From Actinomycetes bacterium (GTDB lineage: Bacteria > Actinomycetota > Actinomycetes > JBOGEN01), in NCBI GenBank assembly GCA_050743265.1, contig JBOGEN010000069.1, positions 1,987 to 65,986 on the forward strand: a DNA stretch of 64,000 bases. The letters are read 5' to 3'. Below are positions 1 to 8,250 of this stretch, piece after piece. Position 1 is the stretch's first letter, and each line of letters starts with the position of its first letter. A model generated the notes under the pieces. That model saw nothing but the letters and a program-made list of their open reading frames with translations, was not told the DNA's origin and searched no databases. The position numbers and the translations under genes were made by a program.

Positions 1-2348
1 TTGTCCGTGTCGATGGCGGTGCGGACGAGCTGCTCGAGCACGCTGTGCATAGCGCTGCCCCGGACGGCGACGTCGAACGTGTCCTCGTCCGGTTCCTCGA
101 CGGGGTGGACGCCGAGGACGTTCTCGAGGAAGTACTGGAACGGGCACAGGGCGTACCGCTGCAGGGAGGTCGCCGAGAGCGTCCGGTCGAGCCGAGCGGT
201 CACCGGCTCTGCGACGGGGCGGGTGAGACCGCCGGTCCACGGGCCGAACACGCCGCCGATGCGGTCGGAGGCCGCGCGCAACCCGCGGGCGAGCGCGGGC
301 TCGCCGGCCGCGAGGGGATGCGCAGACCCGAGTGGTGCCGCCGACACGGCCAGCCGGACGTCGTACTCGCTGGCCGAGGACGCCGGCAGCGCAGCGTCGC
401 AGACGGAGGCCTGGAACGACTCGGGTGCGCTCGCCCGCGCGTCGCGTGAGGTGAGCCGGGGCATGGTCTGCTCCAGCAGCCAGGGCGCGGGTTCCGCACC
501 CCGTTGCGCCCGCACGTCCGCCACCGGGTGCGTGAGCACAACCCTGGCAGCCGACTCCAGGGCCGCGAGGTGGTCACGGCGCTCGGCTGCGCGACGGTCG
601 GCCAAGGTCCGCAGCCCGACCCGCGCGCGGACGTCGTCACGCAGCAGCGGGTGCTCGTGCCCCCGCGGGGGGTACGCACCCTCGGCGACCCCCACGACGA
701 CGAGCAGGTCGAGGTCGGCTCCGGCCACGTCCCACAGCGGCCCGACGAGAACCCCCCGGCCGAGCCCGTTCGCCTCGCGTACCCCGCGGGCCAGCTCCTG
801 CGCGAGGACGTCCCGCAGTGCGGCGGCGCCGAACGGTACGGCGACCTGGTCGAGGCCGGCGAGAGCGTCGACGACGGCGAGCGTCTCCACGTACGCCTCG
901 CGTTCGACGTCGCAGCGTGCCCGCACCTCGGGATCGGTGAGCATGCCCGGCCGCGTGCCCCAGGACGCGGCCGCCGTGGCGCCGCCCAGGTGGTGGTCGA
1001 GCATCGCCCGCAGCAAGGCGGCCGCGACAGCCCAGGACTCGGCTGCGTGCACCTCGTCCACCCGCCCCGCGGTCTCGGTGACGAAGGCCGCGAGCGCCCG
1101 CGCGTCCGCGGCGCGCTCGGCCGGCCAGGTCTCGCCCTCCTCGACCTCGATCCGCTCGGTACGCACGGCGAGCCGCTCGAGCTTCGTCGCCCACTGCTGC
1201 ACCGGGCCCCGGGTGACGCCGGCCTCGGCGGCCTGGCGCTGCCACCTCGGGGTCGGCAGCGGCGTACCGCCGTCGCGGACCGGCGCGGCGCGCAGCCAGT
1301 CGAGCACGGCCACCCGCGACCACTGCTGCTCCGGGAGCGCGAGCAGGCCGAGCGTCGTCCGGCCGGGCACCGTCTGCGCCAGGGACCGCTGCCGCGGGGC
1401 GTGGTACGCCAGGCCGGCTGCGGACAGCTGCTCGGCGACGAGCCTGGCGTACGGGGTCGCGGCACGGTAGGCGATCGCGACCCGGTCGAGCCGTGCGTCC
1501 GGCTGGGCCTCGAGGTGGGCGAGGACGCGGCGTACGGCGTAGCGGGCCTCCTCCTCGGCGTCCGGGAGCGCCCGGGTCTCGACCTGGGCCCGGGTCTCGA
1601 CGCGCACCCCGGTCGGGCCCTGCGGGGGGACGACCACGGCGGGGTGGAGCGCGTCGCTGACCGTGAGGGCGTCGCGGACCGTGAGGGCGTCGCGGTCCGC
1701 GGCGTCGTCCCCGGTGAGCGCGAGGACGACGCGCAGCCGCCCGGTCGCGGCAAGACCCTGGCAGAACCGCAGCTCGGTCGGGGTCAGCCGACGCGGGAGG
1801 TACACGACGAGGGGCGCACCGCCGACGCCGGCGAGCGCGGCCTCGCACACCCGCGCCGGAAGTGCGGCCGGGGCCACCGCCTCGAGGTAGTCGCGGTAGA
1901 GGCCCGCGAGCTCGGCCGGCCACCGGCCCGCCGCGGCCATCGCCCGGAGGACCTCCCCTCCTGCCGCACCCTCGTCCAGCTCGGCGAACACCCCGGCGAT
2001 CACCTCGGTCGTACTCGACGACCGCCGGGCACTCGCGCCCAGGTCCGAGGTGGACGCCGCGAGCACGGCACGGGTCGCCGCCCGGCGCTGGGCGGCGGTG
2101 ACCGGGTGGAGACCCGCGGCGGCGAGCACGGGCAGGGCACGGTCGAGGATCAGCCGGGGCAGCGGCGCGAACCGCACGCCGACGAGCCCGGGGTGGGCGA
2201 GCCGGCGGCGGACCGTCACCCCGACGAAGGACGAGGGGACGGCGACGTCGACCGTCGCCAGCGGGTCACCGCCCCGGAGGTCGGCGAGCGCGTGCCGCAG
2301 CGCGGCGAACGCGGGCGCACCGAACCGCGTGACCTCGACGCGCGTCAC
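1..2348 (-). CDS. Helicase-nuclease subunit (PD-(D/E)XK nuclease family, AddB/AdnA-like). The 3' end runs off the left window edge.
   Basis: My own minus-strand translation (this ORF is absent from the track because its stop codon lies outside the window). A GTG start at 2346-2348 gives 'VTRVEVTRFGAPAFAALRHALADL...'. The C-terminal region near position 120-240 reads '...SLQRYALCPFQYFLENVLGVHPVEEPDEDTFDVAVRGSAMHSVLEQL', a Cas4/RecB-like nuclease motif. Both ends are in the same frame with no stops I could detect in the stretches translated; codon third-position GC is high. Confidence 0.6.
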   Translation of the reverse strand, partial: MTRVEVTRFGAPAFAALRHALADLRGGDPLATVDVAVPSSFVGVTVRRRLAHPGLVGVRFAPLPRLILDRALPVLAAAGLHPVTAAQRRAATRAVLAASTSDLGASARRSSSTTEVIAGVFAELDEGAAGGEVLRAMAAAGRWPAELAGLYRDYLEAVAPAALPARVCEAALAGVGGAPLVVYLPRRLTPTELRFCQGLAATGRLRVVLALTGDDAADRDALTVRDALTVSDALHPAVVVPPQGPTGVRVETRAQVETRALPDAEEEARYAVRRVLAHLEAQPDARLDRVAIAYRAATPYARLVAEQLSAAGLAYHAPRQRSLAQTVPGRTTLGLLALPEQQWSRVAVLDWLRAAPVRDGGTPLPTPRWQRQAAEAGVTRGPVQQWATKLERLAVRTERIEVEEGETWPAERAADARALAAFVTETAGRVDEVHAAESWAVAAALLRAMLDHHLGGATAAASWGTRPGMLTDPEVRARCDVEREAYVETLAVVDALAGLDQVAVPFGAAALRDVLAQELARGVREANGLGRGVLVGPLWDVAGADLDLLVVVGVAEGAYPPRGHEHPLLRDDVRARVGLRTLADRRAAERRDHLAALESAARVVLTHPVADVRAQRGAEPAPWLLEQTMPRLTSRDARASAPESFQASVCDAALPASSASEYDVRLAVSAAPLGSAHPLAAGEPALARGLRAASDRIGGVFGPWTGGLTRPVAEPVTARLDRTLSATSLQRYALCPFQYFLENVLGVHPVEEPDEDTFDVAVRGSAMHSVLEQLVRTAIDTD

Positions 2349-2520
2349 GCCCTCGTCCGACCGCTCACGTGGTTTCGCCCCGTACCCCCCGAGTTCCCCA
2401 CAGCCTGCACGCGCCCTGGTGGCAGTGCAACCGCCTCGTCCGACACCGTCCCACCGCCGTCCGACAGTTCAGCGACAGGCCGTCGACCGCCCGGCGGGGT
2501 CACCACCGATGGTCGGAGGG

Positions 2521-2757
2521 TCAGAGGATGTCGCCCTTGACGACCCCGACCAGCAGGCCGATCAGCCCCCCGAGAGCGGCGACGAGCATGACGAAGGGCA
2601 TGAAGGCCATCCCCCACATCTCGTCGTGCGGGAGGCAGGCGGGGACCACGCAGTCCGGCACGGGGCTCGCGAACAGCGCGAACGCGGCCCACCCGACAGC
2701 GATCCCGACGAGGGATCCGGGACCGGCGGTGGCGAAGTACTGACCCACGGCATTCAC
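2521..2757 (-). CDS. Small hydrophobic membrane protein (78 aa)
   Basis: The ORF protein 'MNAVGQYFATAGPGSLVGIAVGWAAFALFASPVPD...LVAALGGLIGLLVGVVKGDIL' has two predicted transmembrane helices and a non-repetitive composition. Confidence 0.4.
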   Translation of the reverse strand: MNAVGQYFATAGPGSLVGIAVGWAAFALFASPVPDCVVPACLPHDEMWGMAFMPFVMLVAALGGLIGLLVGVVKGDIL

Positions 2758-2939
2758 AGGAGCCCCCCAAGGTGCCTGTCGTCGAACCCGCCGACCGTCC
2801 GGACGAGTCGCAGTCGGCCTTGAGTGTCACCGAGACGTGGCGACGTCGTGCGGTAAACGGGGCAGCCGGACGAGCAAAATCACGGGCGAGGCGACGGGGT
2901 CTGCAGCAAGGTGGGGGTGCCGAGCAGAGGAGAGATGAG

Positions 2940-3323
2940 ATGCCCGTCCACCTCAACCACACGATCGTCCGGGTCCGCGACAAGCGGGAGTCGTCGGCCT
3001 TCCTCGCCGAGATGCTCGGCGTCGCGGCACCGACGCCTTTCGGCCCGTTCCTCGTCGTCCAGGTCGACAACGACGTGTCGCTCGACTTCATGGACATCGA
3101 CGAGCCTGTCCACCCCCAGCACTACGCCTTCCTCGTCTCCGAGCCCGAGTGGGACGAGATCTTCGGACGCATCCAGGCGCGGGGGCTGACGTACTGGGCC
3201 GACCCCGGCCGCACGCGCCCCGGCGAGTTCAACACGAACGACGGGGGGCGCGGCGTCTACTGGGAGGACCCTGACGGCCACTTCCTCGAGATCATCACGC
3301 GGCCGTACGGAAGTGGAAGCTGA
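2940..3323 (+). CDS. VOC (glyoxalase/bleomycin-resistance/dioxygenase) family protein
   Basis: An internal ATG at 2940 is preceded by GGAGAG; the protein 'MPVHLNHTIVRVRDKRESSAFLAEMLGV...HFLEII' is VOC-like. The 5' extension of the 2772 ORF is R/A-rich and judged spurious. Confidence 0.8.
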   Translation: MPVHLNHTIVRVRDKRESSAFLAEMLGVAAPTPFGPFLVVQVDNDVSLDFMDIDEPVHPQHYAFLVSEPEWDEIFGRIQARGLTYWADPGRTRPGEFNTNDGGRGVYWEDPDGHFLEIITRPYGSGS

Positions 3324-3325
3324 GC

Positions 3326-3811
3326 ATGTCGTACCCCCCGGCCCGGTACACCGCCGACGGCGGTGAGGTGAGCGCGGCGTTCCGGCCCGAGGACCACCCG
3401 CCCGAGCTCGTCAACGCGACCGGTGGTGGCGCGCACTACCTCGCTACAGGCGCCTCGACGAACGGGCAGTTCGGCCTCTACCGGTGGGACATGGCCGGCC
3501 GGGGCGGTCCCAGCGCGCACTTCCACCGGACCATTTCCGAGTCGTTCTTCGTGCTCTCGGGGACAGTGCGCCTGTACGACGGTGAGCGCTGGCTGGACGG
3601 GAGGCCCGGGGACTTCCTGTTCGTACCCGAGGGCGGCATCCACGGCTTCCGCAACGAGTCCGGGGAGCCGGCGTCGATGCTGATCCTCTTCGCACCCGGC
3701 GCCCCGCGCGAGGACTACTTCGAGACACTCGCCGACGCGGCCCTGCGCGAGGCCATGGACGAGGACCAGCGGCGGGAGTTCTTCCTCCGGCACGACACGT
3801 ACTGGGTGTAG
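3326..3811 (+). CDS. Cupin domain protein
   Basis: '...FGLYRWDMAGRGGPSAHFHRTISESFFVLSGTVRLYDGERW...GGIHGFRNESGEP' fits the cupin beta-barrel pattern. Confidence 0.8.
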   Translation: MSYPPARYTADGGEVSAAFRPEDHPPELVNATGGGAHYLATGASTNGQFGLYRWDMAGRGGPSAHFHRTISESFFVLSGTVRLYDGERWLDGRPGDFLFVPEGGIHGFRNESGEPASMLILFAPGAPREDYFETLADAALREAMDEDQRREFFLRHDTYWV

Positions 3812-3902
3812 CCCGGGCGCCCGGCTCGGCTCTGACCTGCCAGGCCCCGACAGGACACCGGCGTGGTCCACCCGTGCTGACGAGCCCCCGGCCGGCCACG
3901 CA

Positions 3903-3932
3903 TTGACATCCAAATATGTCTGTCGGTTAGAT
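3903..3932 (+). promoter_or_regulatory. Sigma-70-like promoter (TTGACA, 18-nt spacer, TTAGAT) upstream of rpiB
   Basis: The hexamers are spaced canonically in an AT-rich patch about 80 nt upstream of the rpiB ATG; a GGGGGG..CCCC hairpin lies in the leader. Confidence 0.4.
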
Positions 3933-4010
3933 GCTGCGCGTCATGGGGGGATGATTTGCCCCAGTTTCGGAGGTTTCTGTTTCTGTCGCCGGACCAGCCG
4001 GAGGACCCTG

Positions 4011-4503
4011 ATGCGCGTCACTCTCGGTAACGACCATGCAGGGCTCGGCCTCAAAAGGCCATGTCCGCCACGTCCTCGACTCGATGGGTGTCGACATGGT
4101 CGACGTGGGGACGCACGACACCGCGCCAGTCGACTTCCCCGACGTCACCCGCCAGGTCTGCGACCCCGTCCGGCGGAGCGAGGCAGACCGCGGCGTCCTG
4201 CTCTGCGGCACGGGGGTGGGCGCGGCCATCGCGGCCAACAAGATCCCGGGCATCCGGGCAGCACTGTGCCATGACACGTTCTGCGCCCACCAGGGCGTCG
4301 AGCACGACGACGTCAACGTCGTGTGTCTAGGCGCGTGGATCGTCGGACCGATCATCGCCGAGGACGTCGTCCGCGCCTTCCTCACGGCGTCGTTCAGCAC
4401 GGACGAGGACTTCCGCAGACGCGTGACGAAGCTCCACCACATGGAACGGCTGGCCGCGGCCGAACTCGGAGCCACCACGGCCGAACCCGGAGGCACCTCA
4501 TGA
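4011..4503 (+). pseudogene. rpiB: Ribose-5-phosphate isomerase B (RpiB/LacAB family) carrying a +1 frameshift in an A4 run
   Basis: The N-terminus 'MRVTLGNDHAGLGLK' is in frame 0 (GGAGGA RBS). The remainder, 'GHVRHVLDSMGVDMVDVGTHD...CGTGVGAAIAANKIPGIRAALCHD...', is in frame +1. The junction falls exactly at 'ctcAAAAggc' (4053-4056); removing one A restores a colinear RpiB. Confidence 0.7.
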
Positions 4504-5959
4504 CCACGTCACCCGGCCAGCCGCCGACGGTCCCGTCCGTCGGGACCCTCAGCTACCCCGACCCCCCGCCGCAGCTCACCCGGCGGTTGACGCTCGTCGG
4601 CGCGGTCAGCGTCCTCGGGCCGGGCGCCATCATCGCCTCGGCCAACATCGGCAGTGGCGAGATGATCTTCGCGTCCCGCGGGGGCTCCATCTTTGGCTAC
4701 GCGCTGATCTAGGCCTTCATCGTCGCCGCCATTACGAAGGCCGCGCTGGCGTACTCGATGAACCGCTACACCGTCGTGGCGGGCGAGCACCCGATGACGC
4801 GCTTGGCGACCCTCTTCCCTGGGCCCAAGGGATGGTTCCCCCTGGTGTTCGGCGCGACGTCCATCGCGGTAGTGCCGTCGTGGGTGAGCGGGCTCGGGCT
4901 CGGGATCGGCGACCTCATCGCCGAGGGCACCGTGGGCACCGGAACCGCGTGGGCGACCTTCCTGATCGTGCTCTCTGCCGTCCTCGCGTGGGTCGGCGGC
5001 TACGACCGCATGGAGAAGGCGCAGACCGTCATCGTCGGGTTCATGCTGCTCGCCGTCGCGGTGAGCGTCGTGGTGCTCCGACCCGACTGGCTCGGCGTCC
5101 TCGGCGGCCTCGTGCCGACGATCCCCGAGTACGCGGGCTGGCTCGAAGCCGACTACCCCGACATTGCCGCACGCTCCCGGTGGCTCGAGGTGGGGGCGTA
5201 CCTCGCGCGATCGGTGGCGGCACGTACGACTACATCGCCTACGCCGGCATGCTGCGCGAGAAGAAGTGGGGGCTGCTGGAGCACCGGGACATCGCCAGCC
5301 TGACCGAGCGGTTCGAGAACGCCGGCCGCGGAGGTGAGCGCCTGCCCCTCTCGACCGACTCGGCGGAGGTGGCGAAGGGCAGGGCATGGTCCCGGGTGCC
5401 GCTCGGCGACGCGGCCATCTCGTTCTCCGCGATCGTGCTTTTCGCGTCGATGTTCATGATCAACGGGGCGTCGCTGCTGTCCGAGGACCAGCTCGTCCCC
5501 GCGGAGGACCAGACCCTCACCCACCAGGCCGGCTTCCTCGAAGCGATCCACCCGACATTCGTGTACCTCTACTACGTCGCGGTGCTCTTCGCGTTCTTCG
5601 GTTCGCTGTACGCGTTCTGGGAGATGTACAGCTACACCGCGTACGAGAGCCTCGGCGCGGTCTCCGAGCGGGTACGCCTGGCCGGCCAGCGTGCGGTCCG
5701 CCCCTACATGTACGCGTACATGATGGTGGCTGCGCTCGTGCTCGTGTGGACCGTGGGCGAGCTGGTCGTCATCGTCACTCCGGCGTCCGTCCTCGGCGGC
5801 CTGCTCATGTGCGGCGTGTTCTGCCTCGCGATCGTCTGGACCGAGCACAAGGTGCTGCCGAAGGAGTACCGCCTGACGACCCCGGGCCGGTGGTGGGTGC
5901 TCGTGTCCGGGTTGATGCTCATGATCCTCGGCGTCGTGTCGACCTGGGAGCTGTTCTAG
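4500..5959 (+). pseudogene. mntH: NRAMP-family divalent-metal (Mn2+/Fe2+) transporter MntH, disrupted by an in-frame TAG and a -1 frameshift
   Basis: The start forms ATGA with the rpiB stop and has a GGAGG RBS. The protein 'LGPGAIIASANIGSGEMIFASRGGSIFGYALI*AFIVAAITKAALAYSMNRYTVVAGEHPM...' is in a single frame, with TAG at 4710-4712 where NRAMPs carry the conserved Trp (GY.LLW). The C-terminal half (from '...GGGTYDYIAYAGMLREKKW' onward) moves to the -1 frame near 5205-5210, inside a GCGCG repeat. Confidence 0.7.
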
Positions 5960-6349
5960 GTGGCCGGCATGAGACCCGGAGCTGCCGTCGCCGCGGCGTG
6001 CCTCGCGCTGCTGTCCTGCCTTCGGTTCGTCGAGCAGGCGTACACCGGCGCCGTGGTGCTCGCTGCTCTCGCGCTCGGCGCGCTGGCCCTGGGCCTGCGT
6101 CGCGGCGGGGCGCCGGCCGCACCCGACCACGTGCCGTCGGCGGCGGAGCTGCACGCGGAGCAGGTGGTGCAGGACCGCTCCCGTCGCGGCTGGCGGTGGA
6201 TCGTGCTGCTCGGGCTCACGATCAGCGTCGTCGGCGCGGTCGTCTTCCCCCCAATGGGCCTGGTCGTCGCGGGCCTGACGCTGTACTCGGTTCACCGGAT
6301 GCGGCAGGCGAGCCGGTCCATGGCCGTGCTCGGCCGGGCCACGGGCTGA
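5960..6349 (+). CDS. Hypothetical small membrane protein
   Basis: It has two hydrophobic segments ('AAVAAACLALLSCL', 'WIVLLGLTISVVGAVVFPPMGLVVAGLTLY'); there is no homology I recognise. Confidence 0.35.
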   Translation: MAGMRPGAAVAAACLALLSCLRFVEQAYTGAVVLAALALGALALGLRRGGAPAAPDHVPSAAELHAEQVVQDRSRRGWRWIVLLGLTISVVGAVVFPPMGLVVAGLTLYSVHRMRQASRSMAVLGRATG

Positions 6350-6403
6350 GCACGCAGGACTCGGACCGCGCGCGGCGGCGGGCGCGCACGGGCCGTCGGA
6401 GGG

Positions 6404-7111
6404 TCAGGACACGACGTCGGCGACGTGGGTGAAGGCGCCGACGTCGACCAGCGTGGCGAAGTCGGTGACGCGCGCCTGGATGCGTCCGGCGTTCTGCTGG
6501 AAGTCGTAGCCCATGTCGTTGACGAGGTCGGCCCACACGGCCCAGACGTACTGGGCGCCGAGCCCGTCGGCGGGCTCTCCGACCGCCTCACCGGACGCGT
6601 CGACCGGCAGGAGGAGACGGTGGCTGAAGCCCTTGGTGATCCGCGTCGGGTGGAGCAGCGAGCTGTCGGTGAACACGGAGGCGACAAGGTGGCTCCGGAA
6701 CGCCTCGGCGTCGCAGTCCCGGTGCAGGGCGAACCGGTAGTGCCCGATGAGGAGCACGTCCGGTGTCTTGTCCGACTCGAGGTCCGCCGCGTTCACGTGG
6801 GCGTCCACGCCGACGAGCGTGGCGTACTCGGCGACACGGTCCTGGAGGCGTGCGATGTTCTGGTCGAAGTCGTAGCCGCCCTGGACGAGGGTGACGGTGG
6901 CCTCCCACACGTACTGCGGGGAGAGCCGGTCGCTCGCCGGCTCGGAGAGGTCCCGCGCGTCCGTGACGCGCAGCAGCCGGTGGCGGAAGCCACTGGTCAC
7001 CCGGGTCAGCTGGAGCCCCTCGGGGATCACCGACGTCGTGAGGTGGTTCTCGAACGCCGGCGCAGACGCGTCCGGACGAAGCGCGAAGCGGTAGTGCCCT
7101 GTCATCAGCAT
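6404..7111 (-). CDS. Hypothetical protein made of two tandem ~110-aa repeats (alpha+beta barrel-like domain)
   Basis: Repeat 1 is 'MLMTGHYRFALRPD...YVWEATVTLVQGGYDFDQNIARLQDRVAEYATLVGVDAHV'. Repeat 2 is 'LLIGHYRFALHRD...YVWAVWADLVNDMGYDFQQNAGRIQARVTDFATLVDVGAF'. The start was chosen at MLM, with GGGGAGGG 8 nt upstream. Confidence 0.6.
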   Translation of the reverse strand: MLMTGHYRFALRPDASAPAFENHLTTSVIPEGLQLTRVTSGFRHRLLRVTDARDLSEPASDRLSPQYVWEATVTLVQGGYDFDQNIARLQDRVAEYATLVGVDAHVNAADLESDKTPDVLLIGHYRFALHRDCDAEAFRSHLVASVFTDSSLLHPTRITKGFSHRLLLPVDASGEAVGEPADGLGAQYVWAVWADLVNDMGYDFQQNAGRIQARVTDFATLVDVGAFTHVADVVS

Positions 7112-7329
7112 GACGGCGCCCTCCCCGTGACCCCCGTGCCGGGGCTGTCTCCCCACAGTCGGCGCAAGACCAGGGCCCGTCAACCAGGTGATCTCCGGCT
7201 GGAACCCGGCGTCCAGGCGTCCGAAAACGGTCCGAAACGGCGCCCTCCGGGCGATCGCCACCGGGGAGGGCCGGGCCGCGGCACACTCGGCGGGAGCATC
7301 CCGGCCGTCTGCCGAGCACAGGAGCGCCC

Positions 7330-8235
7330 ATGAGCACCGTCCTCGTCACCGGAGCCTCGGGGAACGTGGGGTCGCGCGTCGTGGGTGAGCTGCTCGCCCG
7401 GGATGCCCGCGTCCGGGCCTTCGTCCGGGACCGTGACAAGGCCGCCACCGTGCTGCCGGCGGGCACGGACCTGGCGTTCGGCGACTTCACGGACGCGGCG
7501 TCGCTGCGCACGGCGTTCGAGGGCGTGGACCGGGTGTTCCTCACCTCGTCCAACAGCCCCCGCGAGGTGGAGGACGAGTGCGCCGTGATCGACGCCGCGG
7601 CCGAGGCCGGCGTGTCGCGGCTCGTCAAGCTGTCCGCCATCGATGCCGACCCGGGGTCGCCCCTGCCCGGCGTCGCGTGGCACGGCCAGATCGAGGAGTA
7701 CGTGGGCCGGTCCGGAGTCCCGGCCGTGGTCCTCCGCTCCACCTGGTTCATGACCAACCTGTTCGCGTCCGCGGAGGCGGTCGCGCACACCGGCTCGCTG
7801 TTCGCGCCGGCGGACGGCGGCAGGATCGCGATGATCCACCCGGGCGACGTCGCGGCCTCCGCGGCGGCGGTGCTCGCGCCCGACGGCCACTCCGCCACTG
7901 ACGGCCACTCCGTCACTGACGGCCACGAAGGTCATACGTACCTGGTCACCGGCGGCGAGGCGCTGACGTACGAGGACGTGGCCGCCACGCTCACCGAGGC
8001 CACCGGCCGGACCGTCACGTTCGTCGACGTACCCGAGGAGGCGGCGCAGCAGGCCTTCGTCGAGGCCGGGATGCCGGACTGGCTCGTCACCCACATCGTG
8101 GGCGTCTTCCGGCTCATCCGGGAGGGCGCGCTCGCGCAGACGACGGACACGGTGCTCGCGCTGACCGGCCGTCCGCCCCGGACGCTCGCCCACTTCGCCC
8201 GCGAGCACGCGGGTCTCTTCGGCGCGCGCCCATGA
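7330..8235 (+). CDS. NAD(P)H-binding NmrA/atypical SDR family protein
   Basis: The N-terminal Rossmann motif is 'MSTVLVTGASGNVGSRVV'; there is an internal His-rich repeat 'DGHSATDGHSVTDGHEGH'. Confidence 0.85.
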   Translation: MSTVLVTGASGNVGSRVVGELLARDARVRAFVRDRDKAATVLPAGTDLAFGDFTDAASLRTAFEGVDRVFLTSSNSPREVEDECAVIDAAAEAGVSRLVKLSAIDADPGSPLPGVAWHGQIEEYVGRSGVPAVVLRSTWFMTNLFASAEAVAHTGSLFAPADGGRIAMIHPGDVAASAAAVLAPDGHSATDGHSVTDGHEGHTYLVTGGEALTYEDVAATLTEATGRTVTFVDVPEEAAQQAFVEAGMPDWLVTHIVGVFRLIREGALAQTTDTVLALTGRPPRTLAHFAREHAGLFGARP

Positions 8236-8250
8236 CCACGTGACACGTCG

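Noticed and set aside
504-2540. 678-aa plus-strand ORF, and ORFs 1..1470(+), 200..1753(-) and 637..1923(-)
   Set aside because: All are R/P/A/G/S-rich low-complexity translations, and all overlap the well-formed minus-strand helicase-nuclease frame that I translated by hand. They are typical high-GC antisense or off-frame artefacts.
4036-4503. Calling 4036..4503 as an intact shorter rpiB beginning at MQGSASKGH
   Set aside because: The canonical RpiB N-terminus (MRVTLGNDHAGLGLK) with a GGAGGA RBS is present in the adjacent frame and is contiguous once one A is removed. The ATG at 4036 is an ORF-finder artefact inside the frameshifted gene.
4011-4503. Programmed +1 ribosomal frameshifting in rpiB
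   Set aside because: There is no known precedent for the family, and the neighbouring mntH carries two further inactivating lesions. Mutation or sequencing error in a homopolymer run is more parsimonious.
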